Assembly (NCBI GenBank): GCA_964413685.1
Contig: CAYPSW010000001.1
Location: 365,461 to 429,460, forward strand
Origin: an uncultured Chitinophagales bacterium
GTDB taxonomy: Bacteria > Bacteroidota > Bacteroidia > Chitinophagales > S012-47
Direction: 5' to 3'
DNA: 64,000 nucleotides
The notes below the pieces were generated by a model. That model was not told the origin of the DNA. It did not search any database and saw only the letters and a list, made by a program, of their open reading frames with translations. Positions within the stretch are counted from its first letter, which is position 1. Every line of letters begins with the position of its first letter. This document shows, in pieces, positions 47,861 through 55,864 of the stretch. The position numbers and the translations under genes are program-made.

Positions 47861-49607
47861 ATTTCATTTCCTGATCATCAAATTGCATGGAATATAATCT
47901 CTTGTAAACGCCTTCTTCCTTAATCAGTTGCTTGTGTGTTCCCTGTTCCACAATCTTACCTTGTTGCATCACTAATATCAGATCGGCATCTTGTATGGTT
48001 GATAATCGATGGGCAATTACGATGGATGTCCGCCCTTTAGTTACAATATCAATGGCCTGCTGTAGATAATGCTCTGTCTCGCGATCTATACTCGATGTGG
48101 CTTCATCAAGAATTAATATGGCAGGATTGTAAATAAAGGTTCTTACAAAAGCAATGAGTTGTCTCTGGCCTAAACTCAGGGTTCCGCCACGCTCGTGTAC
48201 GTCAAACTCATATTTACCGGGCAAGCGTTCTATAAACTGGTCCACACCACAAATTCTGGCAGCTTCTTTCACTTCATCCAGGCTGATCGAAGGGTTCCTT
48301 AAGGTGATGTTTTCATAAATACTTCCTGAAAACAAAAACACATCCTGCATTACATTACCAATGTGTTTATGCAAGCTGTCCAGCTTAAAATCCTTTAAAC
48401 TTATTTCATCAATCAATGCCTCCCCTTGCTGAAAATCATAAAAGCGGTTGAGCACATTGATAATAGAGGTCTTTCCTGATCCGGTAGCACCGACAATAGC
48501 CAGTGTCTGACCGGGTTTCACTTCGAAACTGATATCCTGAAGTACGTAATGATCTTGCTTATAGGCAAACCATAGATGTTCAACCTGTATATGTCCGTTA
48601 ATTTTTTCAGGATCAAGAATGCCATTGTCTACAATCTGTTCCTGCCGATCCAGTAATTTAAAAACGCGTTCGGCAGCGACCAAACCCATTTGAACTGTAT
48701 TGAATTTATCTGCCAGCATTCGGATCGGTCTAAAAAGTAAATTCAGGTATAGAAAAAAGGCAATCAACACTCCGAGACTGGCTTCTCCGTGGATGACATT
48801 AAAAGCACCATACCAGACCAGCAAGCCAAGCGATACAGCAGTGATGATTTCTATCACGGGAAAAAAGATGGAATAGTACCAGATGGCTTTCACATTTGCA
48901 TTCTTATATTTCCGGTTTATCTGATCGAAATGATTCATTTCCCGTTCTTCTGCTGTGAAAATCTGCACCACTTTCATTCCGGATATATGCTCTTGTAAAA
49001 ATGCATTCAAATTCGCTACTTGATTCCGGATATGCTGAAAAGCTACTTTTACCTTTTCTTTAAAAATATAAGTGGCTAGTATTAGTATGGGCAGAGTCGT
49101 TAAGGTGACTAGTGTCAGTTTCCAGTCAATAAACAGCATAATGCTGATAACCGTAACGATAGACATTAAATCAGCAATAATACTGATGATCCCCTGTGCA
49201 AAAATATCGTTGATGGTTTCAACATCATTAATGGTTCGTGTGGTGGCGGTTCCAATGGCCGTCTGATCAAAAAAGCGCATCCTCAAAGAAGTAATATGCT
49301 TAAATACCCGAACCCTGAGGTCTTTGATGATACTTTGCCCGAGCCAGTTGGTGAAGTATATAAAGGCGTATTGAATGATGGCTTGCAATATAATCAGCGC
49401 CACCAGTATAAGCATCATGCGGTTTAATCCGGCCAGATCGTGATTGGCAATATCACGGTCAACAGTCAGTTGAATAAGATAGGGGTTCAAAGGTATCACC
49501 AGCGAAAGGACTACTGCCGTGAAGATGGCGAGGTAGAACCTCTCTTTATAGGGGGCAGCCAGTTTTATGACGCGCCACAAAAGACTAAAATCGAAAAATT
49601 TCTTCAA
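47859..49607 (-). CDS. ABC exporter, fused permease/ATP-binding protein (MsbA/LmrA-like)
   Basis: Six-TM type I exporter domain followed by an NBD (GATGSGKTS, LSLGQRQL, ILILDEATSSID). The TTG start forms a TTGA overlap with the truA stop. Confidence 0.88.
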   Translation of the reverse strand: MKKFFDFSLLWRVIKLAAPYKERFYLAIFTAVVLSLVIPLNPYLIQLTVDRDIANHDLAGLNRMMLILVALIILQAIIQYAFIYFTNWLGQSIIKDLRVRVFKHITSLRMRFFDQTAIGTATTRTINDVETINDIFAQGIISIIADLMSIVTVISIMLFIDWKLTLVTLTTLPILILATYIFKEKVKVAFQHIRNQVANLNAFLQEHISGMKVVQIFTAEEREMNHFDQINRKYKNANVKAIWYYSIFFPVIEIITAVSLGLLVWYGAFNVIHGEASLGVLIAFFLYLNLLFRPIRMLADKFNTVQMGLVAAERVFKLLDRQEQIVDNGILDPEKINGHIQVEHLWFAYKQDHYVLQDISFEVKPGQTLAIVGATGSGKTSIINVLNRFYDFQQGEALIDEISLKDFKLDSLHKHIGNVMQDVFLFSGSIYENITLRNPSISLDEVKEAARICGVDQFIERLPGKYEFDVHERGGTLSLGQRQLIAFVRTFIYNPAILILDEATSSIDRETEHYLQQAIDIVTKGRTSIVIAHRLSTIQDADLILVMQQGKIVEQGTHKQLIKEEGVYKRLYSMQFDDQEMK

Positions 49608-50356
49608 GCTTCTTTCTTCAAAAATGGATACGCTATCCGGTTCAAATAAAGACCATCAGCCGGTGCTTTATCATTTACCGGCAAGGGTGAATTTGTTCGC
49701 ATGGCATGTTGAAAATCATCAACACTCAATGTCCCTCTGCCAATAGTCAGCAATACGCCAACAACCCTTCTTACCATGCCTCTGAGAAAACGATTGGCAG
49801 AGATATAAAACACCAATTCTTTTCCATCGTTTTTGGTTTCCCAACGAGTATCAAAAATTTGACAAAAACTGTTTCTCTGATCAGGGTTCTTGCGGCTGAG
49901 TATAGTAAAATCTTTACAGTCTTTTAAAAATTCGCTGGCTTCTTGCATCGCTTCAAAGTCTGTCAAAGGGTAAGGGTAATAATAACTCAGCCCGTTTTGC
50001 AAAGGTGATTTTTGCAGATGAACTCGATACATATATTCTCTTAAACTGGCATCAAAACGTGCATGCGCTTTTCCATCTACTTCAATAGTACGATGGATGA
50101 CAACATCAGGGGGTAAAAACCGGTTAATCCGGTGAAGCAAAACGGGGCTGATGCTTTGCTCAATATCGGTATGGGCAAACATCTGACGGGCATGTACACC
50201 ACTATCGGTTCTGCCCGCTCCGTAAATAATTACTTCTTCCCGGAGGATAGTGCTCATACATTCCTGAATACATTGCTGAACACTCAATGCATCTTTCTGC
50301 ATCTGCCAGCCATTGAATGAGCTGCCCTTATACTCGATTTCCAGAAAGTAGCGCAT
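49604..50356 (-). CDS. truA: tRNA pseudouridine(38-40) synthase TruA
   Basis: MRYFLEIEYKGSSFNGWQ and catalytic GAGRTDSGVHA. ATG 50356 is preferred; the 50413 start would overlap the thiolase 3' end. Confidence 0.9.
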   Translation of the reverse strand: MRYFLEIEYKGSSFNGWQMQKDALSVQQCIQECMSTILREEVIIYGAGRTDSGVHARQMFAHTDIEQSISPVLLHRINRFLPPDVVIHRTIEVDGKAHARFDASLREYMYRVHLQKSPLQNGLSYYYPYPLTDFEAMQEASEFLKDCKDFTILSRKNPDQRNSFCQIFDTRWETKNDGKELVFYISANRFLRGMVRRVVGVLLTIGRGTLSVDDFQHAMRTNSPLPVNDKAPADGLYLNRIAYPFLKKEA

Positions 50357-50364
50357 GGGCACCC

Positions 50365-51564
50365 TTATATCTTTTCGTAAATGATGGCTGCACCCTGGCC
50401 TACCCCTATGCAAAGAGTGGCCAATCCGTAGCGTACCTCCGGTCTTCTCTTCATTTCATACAGTAAAGTGCTGCTGATTCTTGCACCCGTACATCCCAGC
50501 GGATGCCCTAAAGCAATGGCTCCCCCGTTTACATTCACAATTGCTGGATTCAAATCCAAATCCCTGATGCAGGCCAGCGATTGAGAAGCAAAAGCCTCAT
50601 TCAATTCAATCAGACCGATATCGCTTATCTTCAGGCCGCCTCTTTGTAAGGCTTTCTTCGTGGCCGGTATCGGTCCCAATCCCATGCAATCAGGGCTTAC
50701 TCCCGCAATAGCCATCGATACCACGCGCGCCATCGGATGCAGTTTCTTTTCCTTCAAATAATGCTCCGATACCAGAATTACTCCGGCAGCTCCGTCATTG
50801 ACCCCCGATGAATTACCGGCTGTTACACTTCCATTTTTCCGGAATACCGGGCGCAAGGTCGCCAGCTTTTCTGGCGATGTAAGCCGCGGATGTTCATCCT
50901 GACTTACTTCATAAGGATTTCCCTTTCTCGGACTGATAGGTACCGAAACAAGCTCATCCTTCCATCTACCCGCTTCCAGTGCTGCCTGATATTTTACCTG
51001 CGATTCATGTGCAAAAGCATCCTGCGCTTCGCGGCTGAGATGATATCGGTCTACAATATTCTCGGCCGTTTCTCCCATCGAAAAAGGAAAATACATTTCG
51101 GCCAGTTTCGGGTTGGTAAAGCGCCAGCCGATAGTCGAATCAACAATCTCGGATTTCCGCCCAAAGGCCGTTGCCGATTTTGGCAGAATAAAAGGAGCTC
51201 TCGACATACTCTCAACACCTCCCGCAATCATGACTTCACCATCACCCAGCATAATTGCCCGCGAAGCATCCATTATAGACTGCATACCGCTCGCACAAAG
51301 CCGGTTCACTGTCATGCCACCCACTTCCACCGGCAAACCCGATAGCAAGGCAATCATCCGACCTACATTCCGGTTGTCTTCTCCCGCCTGATTCGTATCG
51401 CCCCATATCAAGTCTTCTATGCGGGCAGGGTCTATACCTGCATTTCTCGCTAATAATGCCTTCACCACCAAAGCCGATAAATCATCCGGACGAACCGAAC
51501 TTAAGGCTCCGGCATATTTACCGATTGGTGTTCTCAGGGCATCGACAATATAGGCACTTTCCAT
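50365..51564 (-). CDS. acetyl-CoA C-acyltransferase (thiolase)
   Basis: Active-site Cys VNRLCASGMQ, GNSSGVNDGAA, NEAFASQ, and C-terminal GHPLGCTGAR...LCIGVGQG. Confidence 0.92.
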   Translation of the reverse strand: MESAYIVDALRTPIGKYAGALSSVRPDDLSALVVKALLARNAGIDPARIEDLIWGDTNQAGEDNRNVGRMIALLSGLPVEVGGMTVNRLCASGMQSIMDASRAIMLGDGEVMIAGGVESMSRAPFILPKSATAFGRKSEIVDSTIGWRFTNPKLAEMYFPFSMGETAENIVDRYHLSREAQDAFAHESQVKYQAALEAGRWKDELVSVPISPRKGNPYEVSQDEHPRLTSPEKLATLRPVFRKNGSVTAGNSSGVNDGAAGVILVSEHYLKEKKLHPMARVVSMAIAGVSPDCMGLGPIPATKKALQRGGLKISDIGLIELNEAFASQSLACIRDLDLNPAIVNVNGGAIALGHPLGCTGARISSTLLYEMKRRPEVRYGLATLCIGVGQGAAIIYEKI

Positions 51565-51638
51565 AGCTCGTTTTTTTAAAAATTAGATACTTTTGCAAAA
51601 GTAATGATTTCATCCTGCTAACCTTTAGTATCGATAAA

Positions 51639-52070
51639 TTGATTCAACGAAAGCAATCCATCCTCTTTCTTCTATCTGCTGCCCTCGGCATCACCTTGCT
51701 TTGGCTGCCACTCGCCAAATTGTTCAGCGATGGCAAATACCTCCTCACCGAACAGTTCCTGGACCTGCGTACCCTCGCAGTTTTAAGCGCTTCTACTGCC
51801 GCCTTCAGCTTCCTGACCATCTTCCTCTTCCAAAACCGGAACAGACAAATGCGTTTTGCCGCCTTAACCAGCCTACTTTCTCTCATCCTCCAGTTCGATG
51901 CATTCTATCAGGTCGAAACCTGGCGAAATCAATTAGATGCAAACCAAACCCTCACCTATGGCTTCGGCATCGCCATTCCCTTTCTTATGCTCCTCTTCAA
52001 TGCCCTTGCCTTTTTCTATATCCGAAAAGATGAAGCTCTCGTCCAATCCATGGATCGCTTCAGAGAGTAA
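51639..52070 (+). CDS. DUF4293-family membrane protein
   Basis: The family-typical N-terminus (M)IQRKQSILFLLSAAL is encoded from a TTG start. Four TM helices. Confidence 0.65.
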   Translation: MIQRKQSILFLLSAALGITLLWLPLAKLFSDGKYLLTEQFLDLRTLAVLSASTAAFSFLTIFLFQNRNRQMRFAALTSLLSLILQFDAFYQVETWRNQLDANQTLTYGFGIAIPFLMLLFNALAFFYIRKDEALVQSMDRFRE

Positions 52071-52380
52071 TAAAATTATTCTATCCAGCTGCTTTTCAAT
52101 CATTGCATGGCTCTGTCCGAATTCAATGAGTTCAAAAATTCAATCTATAATCTACAAAGGAAAGCGCTTTATTTCCTTGATGCATTTTCCGATGCTGTCT
52201 CCAATATCACCATAGATACCGATTTTCTAACCAGTGGTTTATACACATTACGCTTGAATTTCAAGCACTTTGAGGCTTCATCCATATTTTTTTAAAATAA
52301 TTTCAATTATGTTAACTAAATATGATAATGGATTAATACCTTTATGGAGAATAATTTTTCTGAATACCTAATTATAAGCC

Positions 52381-53481
52381 ATGAAACGCAGCGTTCTATT
52401 CTTACTCTCCATGTTATTTGCATTGATTTTTAATGCGCAGACAATTTTCATTAATGAGTTCCATTATGACAATGAAGGCACTGATACTAATGAATTTGTT
52501 GAAGTAGTTGTTCCGGTCGCAATTACCGATATATCAAACATCAAGGTTTCATTATATAACGGAGCTACCGGGAAAAAATATGCAGGTGAAACATCTCTTA
52601 CAAATTATACTTTAGGTTCCACTTCAAATGGCCATAAATATTACTATAAGGATTATAGTTCTATTCAAAATGGCCCTGATGCCATTTTTATCAAGTATTA
52701 TACAAATGGGGATTATCTTTTTCTTAGTTATGAGGGGAGTTTTATGGCCACTGATGGGCCGGCTTCAAGTTTAACAAGTACCGATATTGGCCTTGCTGAA
52801 TCTGATCCCGGGACACCAATAAATTCATCACTATATCTCGCTGGTACGGGTTCTGAGTATTCTGATTTTACCTGGGCGGTTTCTTTCGGAACAAACACGA
52901 AAGGGACTGCAAATAATGGTCAAAATTTATTACCCATCACGCTCACCAATTTCACGGCCCAGTCACTTGATCAAACTGTGCAACTGTCTTGGTCCACGGC
53001 TAGCGAAAAAGACAACGATTTCTTCACCATAGAGCGAAGTGCAGATGCAGAACATTTCAGCCCCATCGGCACCGTTAAAGGTTCAGGCAGCGTCAGCACA
53101 CAGCATGACTATACTTTTACGGATGCTCAAGCCCCGGAAGGCAATAACTATTATCGTCTCCGTCAAACCGATTTCAACGGAGCCTATACCTTCAGCTCCA
53201 TCCGGCAGGTCTTCATCTCGCAGATGGCCCTCAGCCTCCAAAGCATTGGACCCAATCCCGTAAACAATCATCTGCTCCTCGCTTATCAAACGAAAAACAA
53301 GCTGCCCTTGCAAATTCAAATCTTCGATACCTATGGCAGCACAGTGCTGGAAACAACAGATGCCGGATATACCGGCAGCCATCAGCTGGACCTCGATATG
53401 CACGAACTCGCTAAAGGCATATATTGGATACAAATTACAAATGGAAATGATCGCATGGCAATTCCTGTTCTAAAAAATTAA
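52381..53481 (+). CDS. T9SS cargo protein: LTD (lamin-tail)-like domain, conserved ~97-aa module and type-A C-terminal sorting domain
   Basis: Signal peptide MKRSVLFLLSMLFALIFNAQ, LTD-like IFINEFHYDNEGTDTNEFVEVVV, a shared module at 52927-53220, and the CTD GPNPVNNHLLLAY...LAKGIYWIQITNGNDRMAIPVLKN. Confidence 0.75.
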   Translation: MKRSVLFLLSMLFALIFNAQTIFINEFHYDNEGTDTNEFVEVVVPVAITDISNIKVSLYNGATGKKYAGETSLTNYTLGSTSNGHKYYYKDYSSIQNGPDAIFIKYYTNGDYLFLSYEGSFMATDGPASSLTSTDIGLAESDPGTPINSSLYLAGTGSEYSDFTWAVSFGTNTKGTANNGQNLLPITLTNFTAQSLDQTVQLSWSTASEKDNDFFTIERSADAEHFSPIGTVKGSGSVSTQHDYTFTDAQAPEGNNYYRLRQTDFNGAYTFSSIRQVFISQMALSLQSIGPNPVNNHLLLAYQTKNKLPLQIQIFDTYGSTVLETTDAGYTGSHQLDLDMHELAKGIYWIQITNGNDRMAIPVLKN

Positions 53482-53502
53482 TTAGAGTGCTTTACAAAAT
53501 AA

Positions 53503-53536
53503 GGCTCGTACCCCAAAATCGGTGCGGGCTTTTTTT
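53503..53536 (+). terminator. rho-independent terminator
   Basis: GCTCGTACC (53504-53512) pairs with GGTGCGGGC (53521-53529), 9 bp including 2 G-U pairs, followed by T7 (53530-53536). Confidence 0.65.
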
Positions 53537-53595
53537 ATTATAAATCTTCTTGCTATTTTTGTTTTAATTAATTCAAAAAAATAATATTAACCACT

Positions 53596-54507
53596 ATGAA
53601 AAAATTACTTATTCTGCTGATTATTACAATATTGGCCTTTAACGGCATCTCCCAGGATTTATCCACTTATCATCCGATTGCAAAGTATCCTTTTGCACTA
53701 AACCTGGCTGATGCAACCGGAAATTTTGGAGATGCCACTGCAATGAACACCACTTTCGATCAGGGTGCTATATATTGTACCGGTGTATATCCCGGGGGGA
53801 ATCCAAATGGTTGTTACGTAAAAACACCAGAAATTACATCCCTGGATTACGCCAAATTTGCAATTACCTTTGATTTTAAAACCGATACTTCGGCAACCGT
53901 CATCCTGGTGTGTGGTGAACCCTGGCGCTGGCTTATCATTGATACAAAATCAGACAGCACGGTTGAATTGTTCGCTTCACTAGTCGGAGGAGGATATCAG
54001 GTTCTCAGTTCAACGATGCAAGCTGTGCCCGGCACCTGGTATTCGATGGGCATCATCTATGATTCCACTTCAAGGGTTCTTTCCTGTTATATTAATAACA
54101 GCATAATTGTTTCAGATACGCTTACTGCTCAGTTTGAATTCAAAGACAAAAAGAATTTTGGATCTTCTGACGGTGGCGTGGGAAGGGCTTTTAAAGGATG
54201 GTGGAAACAACTCACTTTCTACACCCCTAATCCGGTGGGTCTCACCGATGTATCTGTCAGCCATGCACAGATTTATCCAAACCCCGTAAACAATATCGCT
54301 TCTGTCCGTTTCAACGCACAGGAAAATGAACCGATCACCATCAGGCTTTTTGATATCTATGGACGTCAATTGCAAATGATTGAAGAAAAGGGTAGTAGCG
54401 GAACACAAGAACTTCAAATTCAAATGGCCCATTATCCTGCCGGTACCTATCTCTTAAAAATTGAACAGAACGGGCTATTTCAATTGCTACAAATTCAAAA
54501 ACAATAA
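53596..54507 (+). CDS. T9SS cargo protein with LamG-like (concanavalin/jelly-roll) domain
   Basis: Signal peptide MKKLLILLIITILAFNGISQ, a LamG-like pattern (FAITFDFKTD...VPGTWYSMGIIYDSTSRVLSCYINNSIIVSD...FKGWWKQLTFY) and the CTD IYPNPVNNIASVRF...YPAGTYLLKIEQNGLFQLLQIQKQ. Confidence 0.7.
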   Translation: MKKLLILLIITILAFNGISQDLSTYHPIAKYPFALNLADATGNFGDATAMNTTFDQGAIYCTGVYPGGNPNGCYVKTPEITSLDYAKFAITFDFKTDTSATVILVCGEPWRWLIIDTKSDSTVELFASLVGGGYQVLSSTMQAVPGTWYSMGIIYDSTSRVLSCYINNSIIVSDTLTAQFEFKDKKNFGSSDGGVGRAFKGWWKQLTFYTPNPVGLTDVSVSHAQIYPNPVNNIASVRFNAQENEPITIRLFDIYGRQLQMIEEKGSSGTQELQIQMAHYPAGTYLLKIEQNGLFQLLQIQKQ

Positions 54508-54540
54508 CCCGGCTGAAACAAGTATAAACTAAATATAAAA

Positions 54541-54571
54541 GCAGGCTGCTCTCAATAGCCTGCTTTTTTTT
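54541..54571 (+). terminator. rho-independent terminator
   Basis: GCAGGCT (54541-54547) pairs with AGCCTGC (54557-54563) across a 9-nt loop, followed by T8 (54564-54571). Confidence 0.75.
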
Positions 54572-54696
54572 ACCCGTTTTGAAGCTAAAAACAAAAATGT
54601 TTCAAAAAACACCATTTTTTTTCAAGTCCGAATAGACAGATAATCAGGCACTTGTGAATTTTTTTTCCGAGCGTAGGATTTTTCTTATAAAAATAA

Positions 54697-54727
54697 TTGA
54701 CAAAAGGGAAGGCACAGCCTATCTTTG
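54697..54727 (+). promoter_or_regulatory. candidate promoter (-33 TTG / -7 TATCTTTG) giving a ~150-nt leader for the 54883 gene
   Basis: TTG at 54697-54699, a 20-nt spacer, then TATCTTTG at 54720-54727. The next start codon used by a supported CDS is at 54883. Confidence 0.4.
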
Positions 54728-54882
54728 TGGGTGTACAAACAACACCATTACCCCCTCATTACAAGCCGGACCACCCATCCGGATCATTAAAATTACCTTC
54801 GTTTTTGTCGCAACGGTCCCCCACCGTTTGAAATGTGATTCGTTTTTATACATGTTTGATTTAACGACAAAATACCTTACAA

Positions 54883-55779
54883 ATGAGCATGTCTACTATC
54901 TTTAAAGCAATCAGGTGGGGCCTTATAATCTGGGGGATCTCTCACAGCGATTTACTTCTTGCCTATACCAATCCAACTACCTGTCCAGATATTATTTCGG
55001 TTTCTAATAGTCATATTGTCCTCACTTGGAATACCATATCTGATGGTCCTACGGATGATGAGATCCATATAAACTGGAACGGAACATCCTATGGATTTGA
55101 AGATAAAAATTTCCCGTCAGGAGTATATCAAGGTGACAATGCTTATAATGATGGAATGCGGGCAACGGGTAACGTTAGCATCAGCTTTGAAAATGGTTTA
55201 CAATGTAGCTTTCTGAACGGAGCCGTATTACCGGTAGAGTGGGTTTCTTTCGAATCAGTATTAAATGGACGTACAGTGAACCTGAACTGGACCACAGCTA
55301 CCGAAGAGAATAATAATTTCTTTACCATAGAGCGCAGCACCGATGGCATTAATTTTACCGAAATAGCTACCGTGCAGGGTTCAGGCACTTCCGAAACCAT
55401 GCATAATTATAGCTTTACAGATGAAAGCCCGATGAGTGGAAATAATTACTACCGCCTGCGTCAAACTGATTTTAATGGTCAGTTTTCTTTTAGTCAGATT
55501 GTGCAAGCCTATATATCGTCAAGCAGTTTCTCGCTTGAAAACATGTATCCAAATCCGGCCATTAACGAACTTAACTTTTCGATTAATAACACCAATAATC
55601 ATTTGATAACCCTTACAATCATGGATATGTTTGGAAATATTGTCAGCCGGCAAAAAGCAGATACTGGCGCAGGTTTTTATCATATCAATGTGGATATATC
55701 CGGCCTGAGTGCGGGTGTGTATTTTGTCAAAATTTCCAATGATATAGAAGAACTTTCATCTCGTTTTGTCAAACACTAA
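54883..55779 (+). CDS. T9SS cargo protein: unknown N-terminal domain, conserved ~97-aa module and type-A CTD
   Basis: Shared module at 55225-55518 (LNWTTATEENNNFFTIERSTDGINF...GNNYYRLRQTDFNGQFSFSQIVQA) and CTD MYPNPAINELNFSI...LSAGVYFVKISNDIEELSSRFVKH. The N-terminal signal peptide is weak (IFKAIRWGLIIWGISHS). Confidence 0.7.
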   Translation: MSMSTIFKAIRWGLIIWGISHSDLLLAYTNPTTCPDIISVSNSHIVLTWNTISDGPTDDEIHINWNGTSYGFEDKNFPSGVYQGDNAYNDGMRATGNVSISFENGLQCSFLNGAVLPVEWVSFESVLNGRTVNLNWTTATEENNNFFTIERSTDGINFTEIATVQGSGTSETMHNYSFTDESPMSGNNYYRLRQTDFNGQFSFSQIVQAYISSSSFSLENMYPNPAINELNFSINNTNNHLITLTIMDMFGNIVSRQKADTGAGFYHINVDISGLSAGVYFVKISNDIEELSSRFVKH

Positions 55780-55807
55780 TCTTCCCGATAACAGGTAGAT
55801 CAAGGGT

Positions 55808-55835
55808 GGCCGGATATCATTATCCGGCCCTTTTT
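55808..55835 (+). terminator. rho-independent terminator
   Basis: GGCCGGATA (55808-55816) pairs with TATCCGGCC (55821-55829) across a 4-nt loop, followed by C then T5 (55831-55835). Confidence 0.7.
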
Positions 55836-55864
55836 CTTTGTACTTTTGCGTAAAATTCATTTTG

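Noticed and set aside
50890-51391. 151- and 92-aa ORFs antisense to the thiolase gene
   Set aside because: The translation is Arg/Ser/His-rich and featureless, and both lie fully within a strongly supported CDS.
51644-52215. 80-, 110- and 92-aa ORFs overlapping the DUF4293 gene
   Set aside because: These are alternative frames of a supported membrane-protein gene. The translations are Pro/Arg/Ser-rich without structure.
54654-54905. 83-aa ORF filling the intergenic gap before the 54883 cargo gene
   Set aside because: It starts upstream of the predicted promoter and has no signal peptide or domain-like sequence. It runs through the hairpin-rich region and ends out of frame inside the next gene. 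I treat the region as a non-coding leader instead.
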